51,862 bases of DNA, filler included, from Dirinaria sp. TL-2023a (GCA_051941275.1; 3 parts of 3 records of this genome joined end to end with filler, not necessarily neighbours in it); one strand, 5' to 3'. Numbered from the whole stretch's first letter, positions 24,001 to 35,436 are shown. The notes: generated from the sequence alone by a model not told the origin. Made by a program: numbers and translations.

Positions 24001-26226
24001 AGTATTGCCTTGTCGTCCGACTTTAAAAGTACATCTACTCAAATCTAAGTTAGATACTCGAACAATTTCGAACGATCTTACCTTCAATCGACCATGATCG
24101 TCCGTCCTCTAAGCCATGGAGAACCTTATGCATTGATCGTATGTTCTCAAGTACTGTCGGGTATTCAAGTATGAGCACCTTTCCCATGTGGGTCCTAATA
24201 AAGCTTCTTCAGAACTGCTTATTATGAGGTGGACCACAAAAGAGTACAGAAGCAATGAAAGTTGGACGGATAGGGTGATAGCAGAGAACGTAGAACTCAC
24301 CATTGAGCTCCTTGCCCAGTAAACACAAAATCTACTTGACGTGGACCCGGACACTTAATCTGCGCTGCAACTGCAAAGGGTGCTGATCTATCTTTGACGA
24401 CGCAGTAATTCCTCAACCTAAGATGTTCCCTTCGTTGGGCAAGAGTATAGGCTAAATCTTCGAGGCGTTCAGGATTCTTTGTGCAGTAGCCCTCAATATT
24501 TTCCGCGACCCTTTTCAATGCTTCGGAACTATTGGCTGAGAAGAGCAACAACATGCTGCGCTGCTTTCCTGGCTCAGAAGTTGAAGCGGGGATTGGCTCC
24601 GTTTGGACACCAAATGAAGCTGCCGAGTCTATGACGAACTGGCTCGCTTTAGCTTTGGGTGAGTCATTATGATCGGATATGGACTTACATGGACATTAGA
24701 GCCTCCTATGCCATAAGAATTGACACTCACTCGCTCGGCACGATTGTCTGGCCACGGACAAGGCTCTACAGGGACAAGAAGCTTCGCATCCTCGAACGAG
24801 ACTGTTAGTTATTAGCATCGCTCTGATCGACTTTGACATCCGGAACGACATGTTTAATGACTTTCTAGCCGGATTTGGATTTCTGAACTTGATATTCGGA
24901 ATGATCGTCCGGTTTTCAAGTGATAAAACCACTTTCATGATACTGGTTAGAGCAGCAGCCCCTTCGCTATGGCCCAGATTTGGCTTAATCTGCCTTCTAT
25001 TAGCACGCTGTCGAGCTGATACTGGCTGACGACGTACTGCTCCAAGATACAGACCATCTTTTCCCAAGCAGTCTGCAATTGCTTTGACCTCGAGTGGATC
25101 CCCAACCTTGGTGCCCGTGCCGTGAGCTTCTACCATTGCCGTCTCTGACATTGTTAAGCCTGCGGAACGATATGCTTGACGAATCACAGCTTTATGAGCT
25201 TCAGGATTAGGCATAGCCATCCCGTTAGTTCTTCCATCAGCATTGCTAGCGGATGATCGGATGACTGCACGAATAGGGTTCTTGTATTTGATAGCATCGT
25301 CTAATCGTTTGATATAGAGAGCAGTGACACCCTCGTCTCGGGCGTATCCATCAGCAGAAGCATCAAAGGTCTTCGATGAGCCCTCAGGAGAAAGAGCCAT
25401 CTGCAGACTCATGCTGACTGTCATGCCTGGAGCTAAGATCAAATTTGTTCCACATACAATGGCGGACGATATGTTTCCCTGCTGTATTTCCTGCAGAGCC
25501 AGATGTAGGCTCAGGCCTGCAGAGGAGCACGCTGTTTTGATTATCATGCTAAAGGTCTGTCAGAAAATCTGCCTTGAACATCCAAATATATTCCTCAATC
25601 ATACCTCGGGCCCCTAAGATCATACTCATATGAGATTCGATTGGGCAGAGCAAAGTCAAAGGCCCCAAGAACTCGGTAAGCATTATGTTCTTGGGTGTCC
25701 TTGTGCTGCAATTCCTGCCAGTCCTCCGAAAACATACCAACATAGGTGCCGATGTTCTTTCCTCGCCAATCTGCCTCACCTGCGTCCTCTCTGACAACCT
25801 CTAGAGCCAGCCTGTGATTTGGATCGACTTGCTCCGCTTCGGCGGCCGTGAGTGTGAACATCGAAAGATCAAATTTCGAGAAGTCAACATCATTTATGAA
25901 ATATCCGTGCTTGGTACTGATGGTGCCGTGTTTGCCGTAGGCATTGTAATAAGCATGTATATTGTATCGATCCTCTCCAATCACCGATCGAGCGTCTCCT
26001 TTATTGATCAAAAATCCGTACAGAGCCCTTTCACCGCGGATTCCGCCAGGCAATCTCATGCCCGTGCCGCAAATGGCCACTGGAGTTTGCCTCGAATCAC
26101 GAAAGCCATCGACTTTCGGAGTTGCACAAGCACCATTCGTCGAAACGTGTACATGATTGAGGGCTGCCGAAGCGAATCATCTGTACTGGAGACGTGTAGG
26201 CCGGAACTATTTGTGCGGCTGTTCAT
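18075..26226 (-). pseudogene. Highly reducing iterative type I polyketide synthase (KS-AT-DH-cMT-ER-KR-ACP), probably disrupted
   Basis: KS: IKTACSS, EAHGTGT, NLGHSEG. AT: FTGQGAQW, GHSSGE, AYHS. DH: DHCIGNDIVFP, HPSTLD. cMT: ILEIGAGTGG. ER: LIHSAAGG. KR: GGLGGLG, LRD, YASAN. ACP: GVDSLVA. Lesions: frameshift at ~23850 in AT, GAAAGT where a splice donor is needed at 24865, and no in-frame ATG before the KS start. PKS identity is certain; pseudogene status is inferred. Confidence 0.85.
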
Positions 26227-26480
26227 ATTTGAGGTATTTGCAATCAAACTGTCGATGTCACTGCCCAGTGGCAATTTGGCAAAAAAAGCCTTTGAACGAC
26301 GAATTTCGAGCTAAGTGCATACAAATGTTAGACGCGAGAAGAGGTATCATGACACACTGAGACTGGCCATGCCGCTTGTTTAGATACATCTCGCCTACTT
26401 ATATTAGACGCTGTCATCCATCTTCCTGCTCCTAAACGGCAATTCACGTGAGCCATATCTGATTGCTGGCTGTGTCACCC

Positions 26481-26499
26481 TTTTTTTTTTTTTTTTTTT
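26481..26499 (+). repeat. Poly-T tract (19 nt) upstream of the PKS
   Basis: Seen directly. Confidence 0.9.
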
Positions 26500-27945
26500 C
26501 CTTCCCGGCGCGAATGAGGCTCGCTACGCTTCACCGAAAGTAATCCAGCTTTATGCCCAGGCATGGTGCAAAGTCAAGTTGTGACACTCGAGGAAGCGCT
26601 AGGAGTGTGGCGAAGTGAACCCGACAACTTCCATGTTGTAGGTGTGTTCCACCAGCTTATGGCACAAAGACGGCGCATGAGACCGAGGGAACGGGTTTAA
26701 GGCTTCTGTGCAAGCTAAGAGGTGGGGTTGCTTTCGTTGAAATTCATCAAGGAAAGTTCGAATTGACGATGCAACGGAATGAAATATTCTTCTTTGAGCG
26801 GGGATCGGCTACTGATGCCGAAGTAGATAAGATAAGATAATCATCGGTGTTTGCTTGGCACGTAGGGTTAGGGTCACTTGTACAAGTACAACGGAAGGAT
26901 GTTGATCCGAAGAATTGGCGCGTCCCGATCTGATCAGAGGCCTTCGTACTGGAAGAACCTTGACACTTGGCACCGTCCACAGTTCCACCGTCCTTCCAAG
27001 CGTCCGCGATGTCAGTCGACAAAAATTGCGTCAGCGGTAAATAATAATATCTCGAGAGAGCTTAACAAAGGCAGTATCGAAAACCAATTATCAGAATGGG
27101 ACGACAATCGTTGAACCGATTTCGTAGACATGACCCGGCTCTCCAACGCAGCAATATTTTGACCCAAAAAGAGTCTTCGGATGAAGGAACGTAAAGGTGC
27201 AAAACTGGAACGCTTAGTTCGCTTCGTTGGGAGGCAGCACAGGCTTTCAATTTTCGCTCCACGGGCACGACCTTCGAGGTTCTTACAGCAAGACCGTCCT
27301 CCAATCGCTGAGAGTGCAAAGGTGCTAGCAGAGTGGGTTTTGGTCTAATGCAGAGAGTAGGTGTAAAGTGTGTTGGGACACACGAACGTCGAATATTCTA
27401 TTGAGTTGTGAACTTGGTTACCTAACTTGGACATTGCATGGTTTTTCAGCGAGCTGGGGACAGTTTACGAAATCAGTGAATCACCACTGCTGGTACAAAC
27501 TCTGTAGGCCTCTCTCATACGCACGCATGTTCGTATCCTTCATCGATCGCTGTCTGATCCTCGCCTCTCGCGATTCATGCTTGATTCACTGGGGACTGGG
27601 CATGGAAGTCGTAGATTATGAGTCTCTTTGGTATGGATCGTTGGTTGAGCTTGCCTATTGGGTGTCTTAGGTTGATTATCCCCCATACAGCCAGGTGTAC
27701 AAGAGGGAACTCATCTAACTCCTTCCAAGAGCAAAAAAGAGGGCTCTGAGCATCATTTGGCAAACGTGCCCTTCTCCAGTAGCTTGCGCGACTTCAGTCG
27801 TTTTAAAACCGCATCTTACATCTCACTTTGTATCCATTTCGAAATCCTCTCTCCAATTTAACTTCCTTGGTCCCTAGTGAACCAAAAGTCGACGCCTTGC
27901 CTGTAGAGGTTCATACGGCTTCGCGTAGGGGCGCATATTACTACA

Positions 27946-29832
27946 ATGCCCTATTTTCCGCATTCAGCTGTAACTTCCATAGTACATGCTGAGCTCCTGA
28001 TCCACCTTCTCAAGTCGCCAAATGTACTTGTTCCTTGTGCTGCAGCCATAATGCTCCTGGTGTTCTGGAATAGCTGGCGTTCGGAGTCGATCTCCAATAT
28101 CACGCTATACTCACCACCAGCATCAGCCGCAGGGAGCAAGAAAAGAAGATGGCTGTTCGATTCGGCGAACCTTCTCCAAGAAGGATACCAAAAAGCATTC
28201 TACCACAGTCACGAATTCAAGGCTCTCGACTGCTGACTATCATGTAGCTTTATGGTAAACCTTTCAAAATTTGGACGACCGAAGGTCCTCAAGTGGTCAT
28301 ACCGCCAGACTTTGTAGACCAATTGAAAATGCTGCCAGATCACACATTTCCGTCAGCACTTCGTGATGTACAGTTGAGCGTAACCACTCGCTCTGAACAC
28401 ATGGCTGATCCAGGTTACAGTTCTTTCTTCACAGGTACTCATGGCCTATTGCGCCAGCCAAGTTAGATTATGGGCATGTCTTTCTCAGAAAAGACTTGAA
28501 CAGAAACATGGGTGCGCATCTTTGTCAGCGTGACCAACGCCAGTACTGATTGTACTAACCTACCGACGATCAGCGAGTATCTTCCCAGAAATACGCGACG
28601 AACTCCGTACTATTTTCCCTTTGGAATTCCCGGAGAGCAAAGGTGAGCATCATTGTGAGTCCGAAACCGGTGCTATCTAAGAGAGCAGATATGGCGGAAT
28701 GGTTTCCTCTAACGGTCTACCCCAAAATACTGCGACTGGTCAGTCGAGTCAATGGCAAGATCTTTGTCGGCAAGGACCTTTATCAAAACGAGGAGTGGAT
28801 CGATATGAGTTGTAACGTGAGTGCCTCAAAACAAATTATCATAAACACAGGAGATTCACCCGCAGCAGTATACCAGGAACATCTTTGTATCTTCTGCAAA
28901 ACTTCGGTTCTTTCATCCTTGGCTGCGGCCCTTTGCGCAGTACTTCGTCTCAGAACTTCGAACAGTCCGAAGATGTAACGTTAAAGCACGAGATCTCTTT
29001 GCCCCCATTATTCAAAAGAGAAGACTTCAAGAGCTTAGCGGAGACTATGAAAAGCCAAATGATGCCATCGAATGGCTCAGAGACCTCGTACCAGAACCAG
29101 ACAAGAATGATCCTCACTTCCATGGCATCTCCCAATTAGGGATTGGAGCCGTATCCGTCAACACCACCGCTCAGTTAATTACCAACTCGATTTTCAACCT
29201 GGCGACATACCCTGAATACGTGCCCATCTTGAGAGAGGAGATAGATCGTGTGTTTGAGGAATCTGGAGGAGAATTGACACTTGAAAGCATGAGCAAGATG
29301 AAGAAGCTTGACAGTTTTGTGAAAGAGACCTTGCGGCACAGCGGACATTTGACTGGTAAAAGCCTTCACCATACACCCATGACCGCCAGACTCTTCTAAC
29401 AACATGGCGACAACAGCTACCTTTCAGCGAAAAGCTCTCCGACCCATTACACTTTCCGATGGGAATATCATACCCGTGGGTACTTTGACGTTCAGCGCCG
29501 CGAACGCGATCAATTTTGATCCCAGCATCCACCCAAATGCGCAGACATTCGACGGTCTTCGTTTTCACAACCTTCGGCGTGCGACGCCGGAGGATGAAAA
29601 CAAATACCAGCTTACCTCAACTACCAAAACGCAGATGCAATTTGGAAGCAGCAGACACGCTTGCCCAGGAAGATGGTTTGCGAGTCATCAGGTCAAGCTG
29701 ATACTTGCAGCTACAATTAATCGATATGAGGTCAAATTGAAGGACGGCGAGGGCAGACCGAAGAGCCTAATGTTTCAGATCAATCAATTGCCAGATCCTG
29801 AGGCAGTCATACTCTTTAGAAGCAGGACTTAA
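27946..29832 (+). CDS. Cytochrome P450, ent-kaurene-oxidase/CYP68-like secondary-metabolism type (6 exons), possibly decaying
   Basis: Motifs LLQEGYQK, LRLVSRVNGKIFVG, LDSFVKETLR, FDGLRF and heme region FGSSRHACPG (the conserved Gly of FxxGxxxCxG is Ser). The first intron needs a weak GC donor at 28195. Confidence 0.88.
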
Positions 29833-29926
29833 TTCGTTTCAAACATGAACGAATGTCTAGCTTGACAAATGTTCTTTAGGATAGGAGTTGCATTAGATCT
29901 GGATTATGTGTGACCAGGAGATCAAT

Positions 29927-31367
29927 TCATCTCTCCAGTACCTGGTTGAGTAGACGGTACACCCTGAAGCTGAGCAATGATTCAACCTCGAAGCTGCTGC
30001 CACGCCCGCTGTTAAGCAACTGGTCCGCAACGGGATTGATGACCTGCAGAACGCTCATCTTAAAAAGGTGCTTGCTCCTAACCTCATGCACGATAGACCC
30101 TAATGTGCTGGCTGAAACAGTGGTATTATGTCTGCAAGGGTATATTAGTATATCGTTTTAAAGATACCGTGGCGAGACCATACAGCATATTCGCTATCCT
30201 CGAAGAGCACACTAGCAATACACCGAGTCCGAGGGCATCTGTCAGTAATGACCATCTCTTACCAAACCGCTTTCTCTCGTGGAATTTACTTCGCAAGTCC
30301 GACTTTTTCCCATCATCAAGCATTTCCCAATTTTTGTGCATGCTCTTGAGAATAGCGTCAATAATGACGCTAGTGCCACCTCTACCAATGGCTTGAGTAT
30401 GAAGGTTCTTCTCGTGCTGCTGACACGCCTTGGTGTATCCCGAGTGGAGGCGGACGAGTGCCATGCGGTTTCGAATCGCATCATCGACCATTCGAATATC
30501 AAGTTGACAAACCGAAAAATAAGCCAGTTCTAGTCCTCGATAAGCAGACATCCCAATCTCTGAATCCAAGGCATGAGTATCGTGCCACAAGGGTTGCGCT
30601 TTCCACCTTGGAAGTTCTGCTTCTAGGAACTGGATACAATCATCCCTCAAAATGCTCTGAGCCGCTAGCCTTACCATGGAAGTGACTGCACTTTGGGGGT
30701 CAGACTCAAGAAGAGGCGTGTTTGTATGCACTGTGGTAGCCAGAGAAGTCTGAGAATTCGGCGTCGATCTCTGAGAGGCAAAGATTCTAGGACCCCGAGA
30801 CCCAGTGCTTATGCTTCGTCCACAGGAGATATTTGAAGCTAGGGAGGCGCTATGGACATCAGTCGGAAAATCGAAGTTATGTTTTATAGCTCGCATGGTT
30901 CTGTCTCTGCACGCGACATCCGCAGCTATTTGAGTGAAGGCCGGAGCCATGTACGGCGTTAACAGAATGTCGTTCTCAGCTGTTTCGAGGCCAGAGATTT
31001 GCCCAACATCCTCTGAAACTAAGTGGTTATGCTCGGATCGAGCTACCGGATGTGGACGATCGTCAAGAGCTAATTCCGAGCTTCCAAGTATCCCACTCGA
31101 CGGTGCAGCTGGGGAAAAGTCCAACAAGCTTGTCGGTGCAGCAGGACTCGAGACTAATCCGCTCGTGGTTGGTCAATGAAACATTTCCAGTGTCTACAGT
31201 GATGTACATACGATCTGGATTCCTAAGGTCTTATGCAAATGGTGAAGGTTGATTGCAAGGAACGGTATTCAGGTGGTTAAGGCTGTCATATGTCTAACCA
31301 GATCAGCAAGAAGATCTTACGTACTACTAGCGGAAGGTCGGGTTACCTGAGATTCGCCAAGTTCATG
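29927..31367 (-). pseudogene. Uncharacterised fungal protein in the PKS cluster, probably frameshifted near 31080
   Basis: 333-codon ORF with a helical, basic C-terminal region (DDAIRNRMALVRLH, GRGGTSVIIDAIL, FHERKRFGKRW) and a GT-AG intron near 30185-30134 leading to a last exon. In-frame TGA upstream and a plausible N-terminal exon in another frame. Confidence 0.55.
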
Positions 31368-33333
31368 AATGATATTTTCTTCGTCTGGTACAAGGCTGAG
31401 ACTTTCACTAGTTACACCCATGAACTAGTCACTTAATTCATTAAGGGTTTCCGGTGAGTCTTAAAATTCTCCGATGAAGTCTGGTGGGCTTCCTGGCCTG
31501 GGAAAACTGCTGGTATATCAACGCTTGATCACACCGGTGAAAGAAACAAGCTGATTAGGGAAGGGCTATACTTGATTTCACCTATCAGAGATAGAAAGGG
31601 GTTCCCGTCATGCACGTGAGTATTATCAGGCTGCTGGATTGCTATCGTGAAAGGTCCAATAAGTGCTACATCGTATTTTTCTAGGTAAGCTTTTAACATG
31701 TCAAGGAGCTCCATACGGCTACTTGTGGTAGACGAAAAGTATGGAGTTGGCTGTGTGCCTGAATGCTCTCCACCAAACATTGCGAGAGTAAGCAATATCA
31801 AGATCTAACACAGCCAAAACTTTGGAGCTGTAACCAGCAGCAGAATCTCGAAATATGCCGTGCTAAACCTTTGCTGCGGCACACGCATATTATCATTATT
31901 TTGATTCTAGGCGAATATCCTGTGAGTTCAGGTATCGAATGAGCAGTCGCCTTTGTCATACCGCCCATTAGTATGACAAAGACAGCCGCTGATCCTTGAA
32001 CTTTGTCCATGGAAAGGATTTAAGGCTTGGTAATGCAGGTCTGTTCATCGTCCGATGATCAGTGACTTCTTCGTAGGGAATATGATGCTGCTTCACGTGC
32101 TGAGCAGAATGCAGGACTGCCTAGGTCCTCAGTCCTCACCATTGCAAATTGCCATCCCAGACTGGGAAAGCGCGGCAAGTGATCATGCTGAGTGGGACTG
32201 CTGGTGCTGAGTAAATGTAAGCTGTGCAACCAAATGCCAAATTGTATCTTGAATCTCAGCCAATCCCAGAATTGACCGGGCATAACTCTTTTACAACTAT
32301 CGCATACGTTCGAAACAAAGAAGAAAGTCATACACGCAACCAACGGCGGTCATTGCCGAGTCGGGTCGGCAGCCGTTGCCTTATGATTGAAAGCATAAGT
32401 TATCAGTCATGCCCTTGAACAAAGAGCCCAGCTTGGCTACAGTGAATGTCTAGACGCGCCATCTCCTCATACTATCGTCATGTCGGGAACACATATACCT
32501 GAACGAGCGCGCCATGCCAACTAGTTTGTCTCCATTAAGTTGAAGTACCTCAAAGAATGAGAGAATTTGCAACACTGACATCTGGATATCTGGGTCTTAC
32601 GCACCTCTCCGAGCTTAGATAGCCTGGTTCTCTTCTCAAGCTCGCTGCATTACTAGTGGTAGAAACCATCGAATCGCTTCCAAGCTTGATTATACCAGAG
32701 TATGGGAATTGATTCCGAATTCAAATCGTGTCGCTATGAGAAAAAACGGAGTCTGAAAAGCGGTAGTGGAGCCCTAGGAAAACCCTAAAATTGAGTTCTC
32801 CTTCGTTCGGTTTATATAAGATCTCTCCAGCAACACCTATGACTCCAGTCAAATGTTTGCCAAATTAGGATTTGTTCGTCGTCGAGAAGATAAAGTCGAC
32901 AATATTTCCAAGTCTCCGATAGTCAGTATTCAACGAACTTTCGTGTTACAATATTCAAAAATCAAAGGTAACATGACTCTCACTTCATCGTACTTTACCA
33001 TCGTGTAAGGTTAAAAGATTTCATCAATGGAGATCATTATCTTGTTCGTTGGGGTAGAGTACTACGTTACCTACCCGGGAAGTCCGCAAGAATCACACGT
33101 TACACGAAATATACGGATTACCAAGACTCCGTAAAGTATCATATACCGTATTGTATGTTCTCTCATATCTCTTCTTACTCCCAAAAAGGTTGTGTACATG
33201 CTGGACGAAGCGTAGAACTGCTAGGATAGCATTCCGAACCGAGTGAAAGGCTCATATCTTTCATTCGCAATCGTGGCAATTGTTGCAGCGATAAGCATTT
33301 GCGGGAAGCTAATCGCGCGTCGGCTCGGTCGCC

Positions 33334-34552
33334 ATGGATAGCACACAGATCAGCAGCAACATAATGCTCAAAAGCACCGGCCCGGTGACTGTTCAGCCAC
33401 CTCGGCCGGCTTCCAGAGCTGCTACAGATACGGCTTCAGCAGATCCTAATCTGGTATGCTACGTATCACTGGAGCTGAATAATCTGGCCTTGGTGCCGGC
33501 TAAAAAACAGTACCTCTGACTGACCGCACTGGCCGGGCAGATAACATGGAGTGGTTCCGAAGATCCAGAGAATCCCAAAAACTGGCCTCAGAGTTGGAAA
33601 TGGGCTACCCTTCTGCCCATGTCCCTGTTCAACTTCTTATCTTCGATGAGCTCGGCCACTATGGCACCAGCTTTAAACGCTATTCAGCAAGATCTTCACT
33701 CTCAGTCCACCTTGAAAGTTGTCTTGTCGCTGTCGATATTTCTCCTGGGCACTGCGCTTATACCTTTGATCACGGCTCCAATGTCCGAGGTTTTTGGCAG
33801 ATCACTCATTCTGCAATCAGCCAACTTGTTCTACATCGCTTTCAACACAGCATGCGGTGCTGCACAGACCATCGATCAATTGATCCTCTTTCGGTTATTG
33901 GCTGGACTTGGTGGAGCAGGTCCCTTCGCTGTGAGCTATGGCCGAACTGCTGTATTGGTAGGACCTTGCCACAAAGCGTCTTAGACTGACGTTTAGTATG
34001 TAGATTGGGAGTGGAATAAATGCCGATCTGTTCCGGCCCCATGAGCGAGGACAAGCCATCGCGGTGTATACTTTAGCTCCTCTTGTGGGTGTCGTCGTTG
34101 GGCCTATTGCCGGTGGTTTCCTTGTCCAGTACACATCATGGCGATGGTGCTGTCCAGATCTTCGGCTTCCCCTTCTTCCGAGAAACCTATGGCCCAGTCC
34201 TACTCCAAAGGAGGTGCAGGCGACTGAGGAAGACGACCAAGAATTTGAGTCTGTACACTGTCTATGATAGGGTGTCTCTTCTGCAGCTACTGCGTACCAG
34301 CCTTGTGCGACCCTTTAGACTGCTCGGGACTCAGCCTATTGTTCAAGCCTGGAGCCTGTATTGTGCATGTATCTACGGGATCCTCTATCTCCTCATCGCT
34401 AGCTTCCCAGAGGTATGGACAATCACATACAAGGAATCAGTGTCGATTGGATCCCTGAACTATATATCGTTATTCGTCGGCATGGGTGTTGCCTCCCAGG
34501 TCGGAACACGTCTCGCTGATGCGTATTTCACCAAATTAAGCCATCAAAACGG
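33334..34552 (+). pseudogene. MFS multidrug transporter (DHA1 type), frameshifted at ~34145 and cut by the contig end
   Basis: Motifs WSGSEDPENPKNW, APMSEVFGR, FRLLAGLGG, GPIAGG, WRW, RETYGPVLL, RPFRLL. The frame changes between WRWC and DGAVQ with no intron. Confidence 0.85.
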
Positions 34553-34652
34553 NNNNNNNNNNNNNNNNNNNNNNNNNNNNNNNNNNNNNNNNNNNNTTAA
34601 TTAATTAANNNNNNNNNNNNNNNNNNNNNNNNNNNNNNNNNNNNNNNNNNNN
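34553..34652. other. Artificial contig linker: 44N-TTAATTAATTAA-44N
   Basis: Identical to the first linker. Confidence 0.97.
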
Positions 34653-34791
34653 GAAACCCTCTGGCTGTTCCAAACAGTTCCCACTGATGGAATTGAAGAT
34701 GCGGAGGATACCGATTTCAGTGCTCGTAAAGAAAAAAAAAAAAAAAAAAAAAAAAACCCAACTGCTAACAAAAACTCCCGGCGCGGGAAAG

Positions 34792-35299
34792 GACAACAAC
34801 GGCACTCACGAAATCCTGGTCCACATCCCTCGCTCACGGTCTCCACCTCTCCAGCCCCTCATCCCTCACGTTCCTCGAATACCTCTTCCGCGCGATCTTC
34901 TTCCTGCTGAACCTGGCCTTCAACGCGCTGATGTGGGCCCTCTTCACGGCGGCGCTGACGCGCGCGACGTCGACCACCCGCGTCTCGATCATCAATACCA
35001 GTTCGAATTTCATGCTGACGGCGCTGCTGGGGCTGATGATTTTCGGGGAGCGGTTGCCGCCGCTGTGGTGGTTGGGCGCGGCGTTGCTGGTGGTGGGGAA
35101 TGTGGTTATTGGGAGGAGGGAGGAAGAAGATGGAGCGAAAAAGGAGGGATTTGTTATGGGGGAGGGGCAGCAGCGCGATGGGGTTGATGGGGATGCCGTA
35201 GGGCTGGACGCAAGGGATGGTGGTGGCCGGCATGCCGGGAATTATAGGGATGAGGGCGAGGAGGAGGGGTTGGGGGATGCAGCGGCTGTTAATAAGTAG
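34792..35299 (+). CDS. TMEM42-like (EamA/DMT-like) membrane protein, last exon only
   Basis: TTTALTKSW...LEYLFRAIFFLLNLAFNALMWALFTAALTRATSTTRVSIINTSSNFMLTALLG...GERLPPLWW, preceded by branch site GCTAAC and an AAG acceptor. The first exon is absent. Confidence 0.8.
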
Positions 35300-35436
35300 T
35301 TATAGCCGGTTGTGTGGATAGAATAGCGATGCTTTCAGAGCATTCAATGGCGTAGATAATATGGAATTGTTGGTCAATATATCAAATGTGAGATAGCGTA
35401 AGCGGCGCGCGCACACAACGATCAAGAACAATGGTG

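Noticed and set aside
31529..32418. Short ORFs between the unknown gene and the MFS
   Set aside because: No recognisable motifs, mostly non-ATG starts and no coherent splice model.
33112..33133. TACGGA-N10-TCCGTA inverted repeat as a Zn2Cys6 site upstream of the MFS
   Set aside because: Single 6-bp-arm instance, expected by chance, and not seen in the other cluster promoters.
3749..34552. One large cluster: 3 P450s + ABC + PKS + MFS
   Set aside because: It spans an artificial linker between size-sorted contigs, so there is no evidence of physical linkage.
34687..35187. 166-aa ORF with poly-Lys
   Set aside because: It reads through an intronic poly-A and overlaps the TMEM42-like exon in a different frame.
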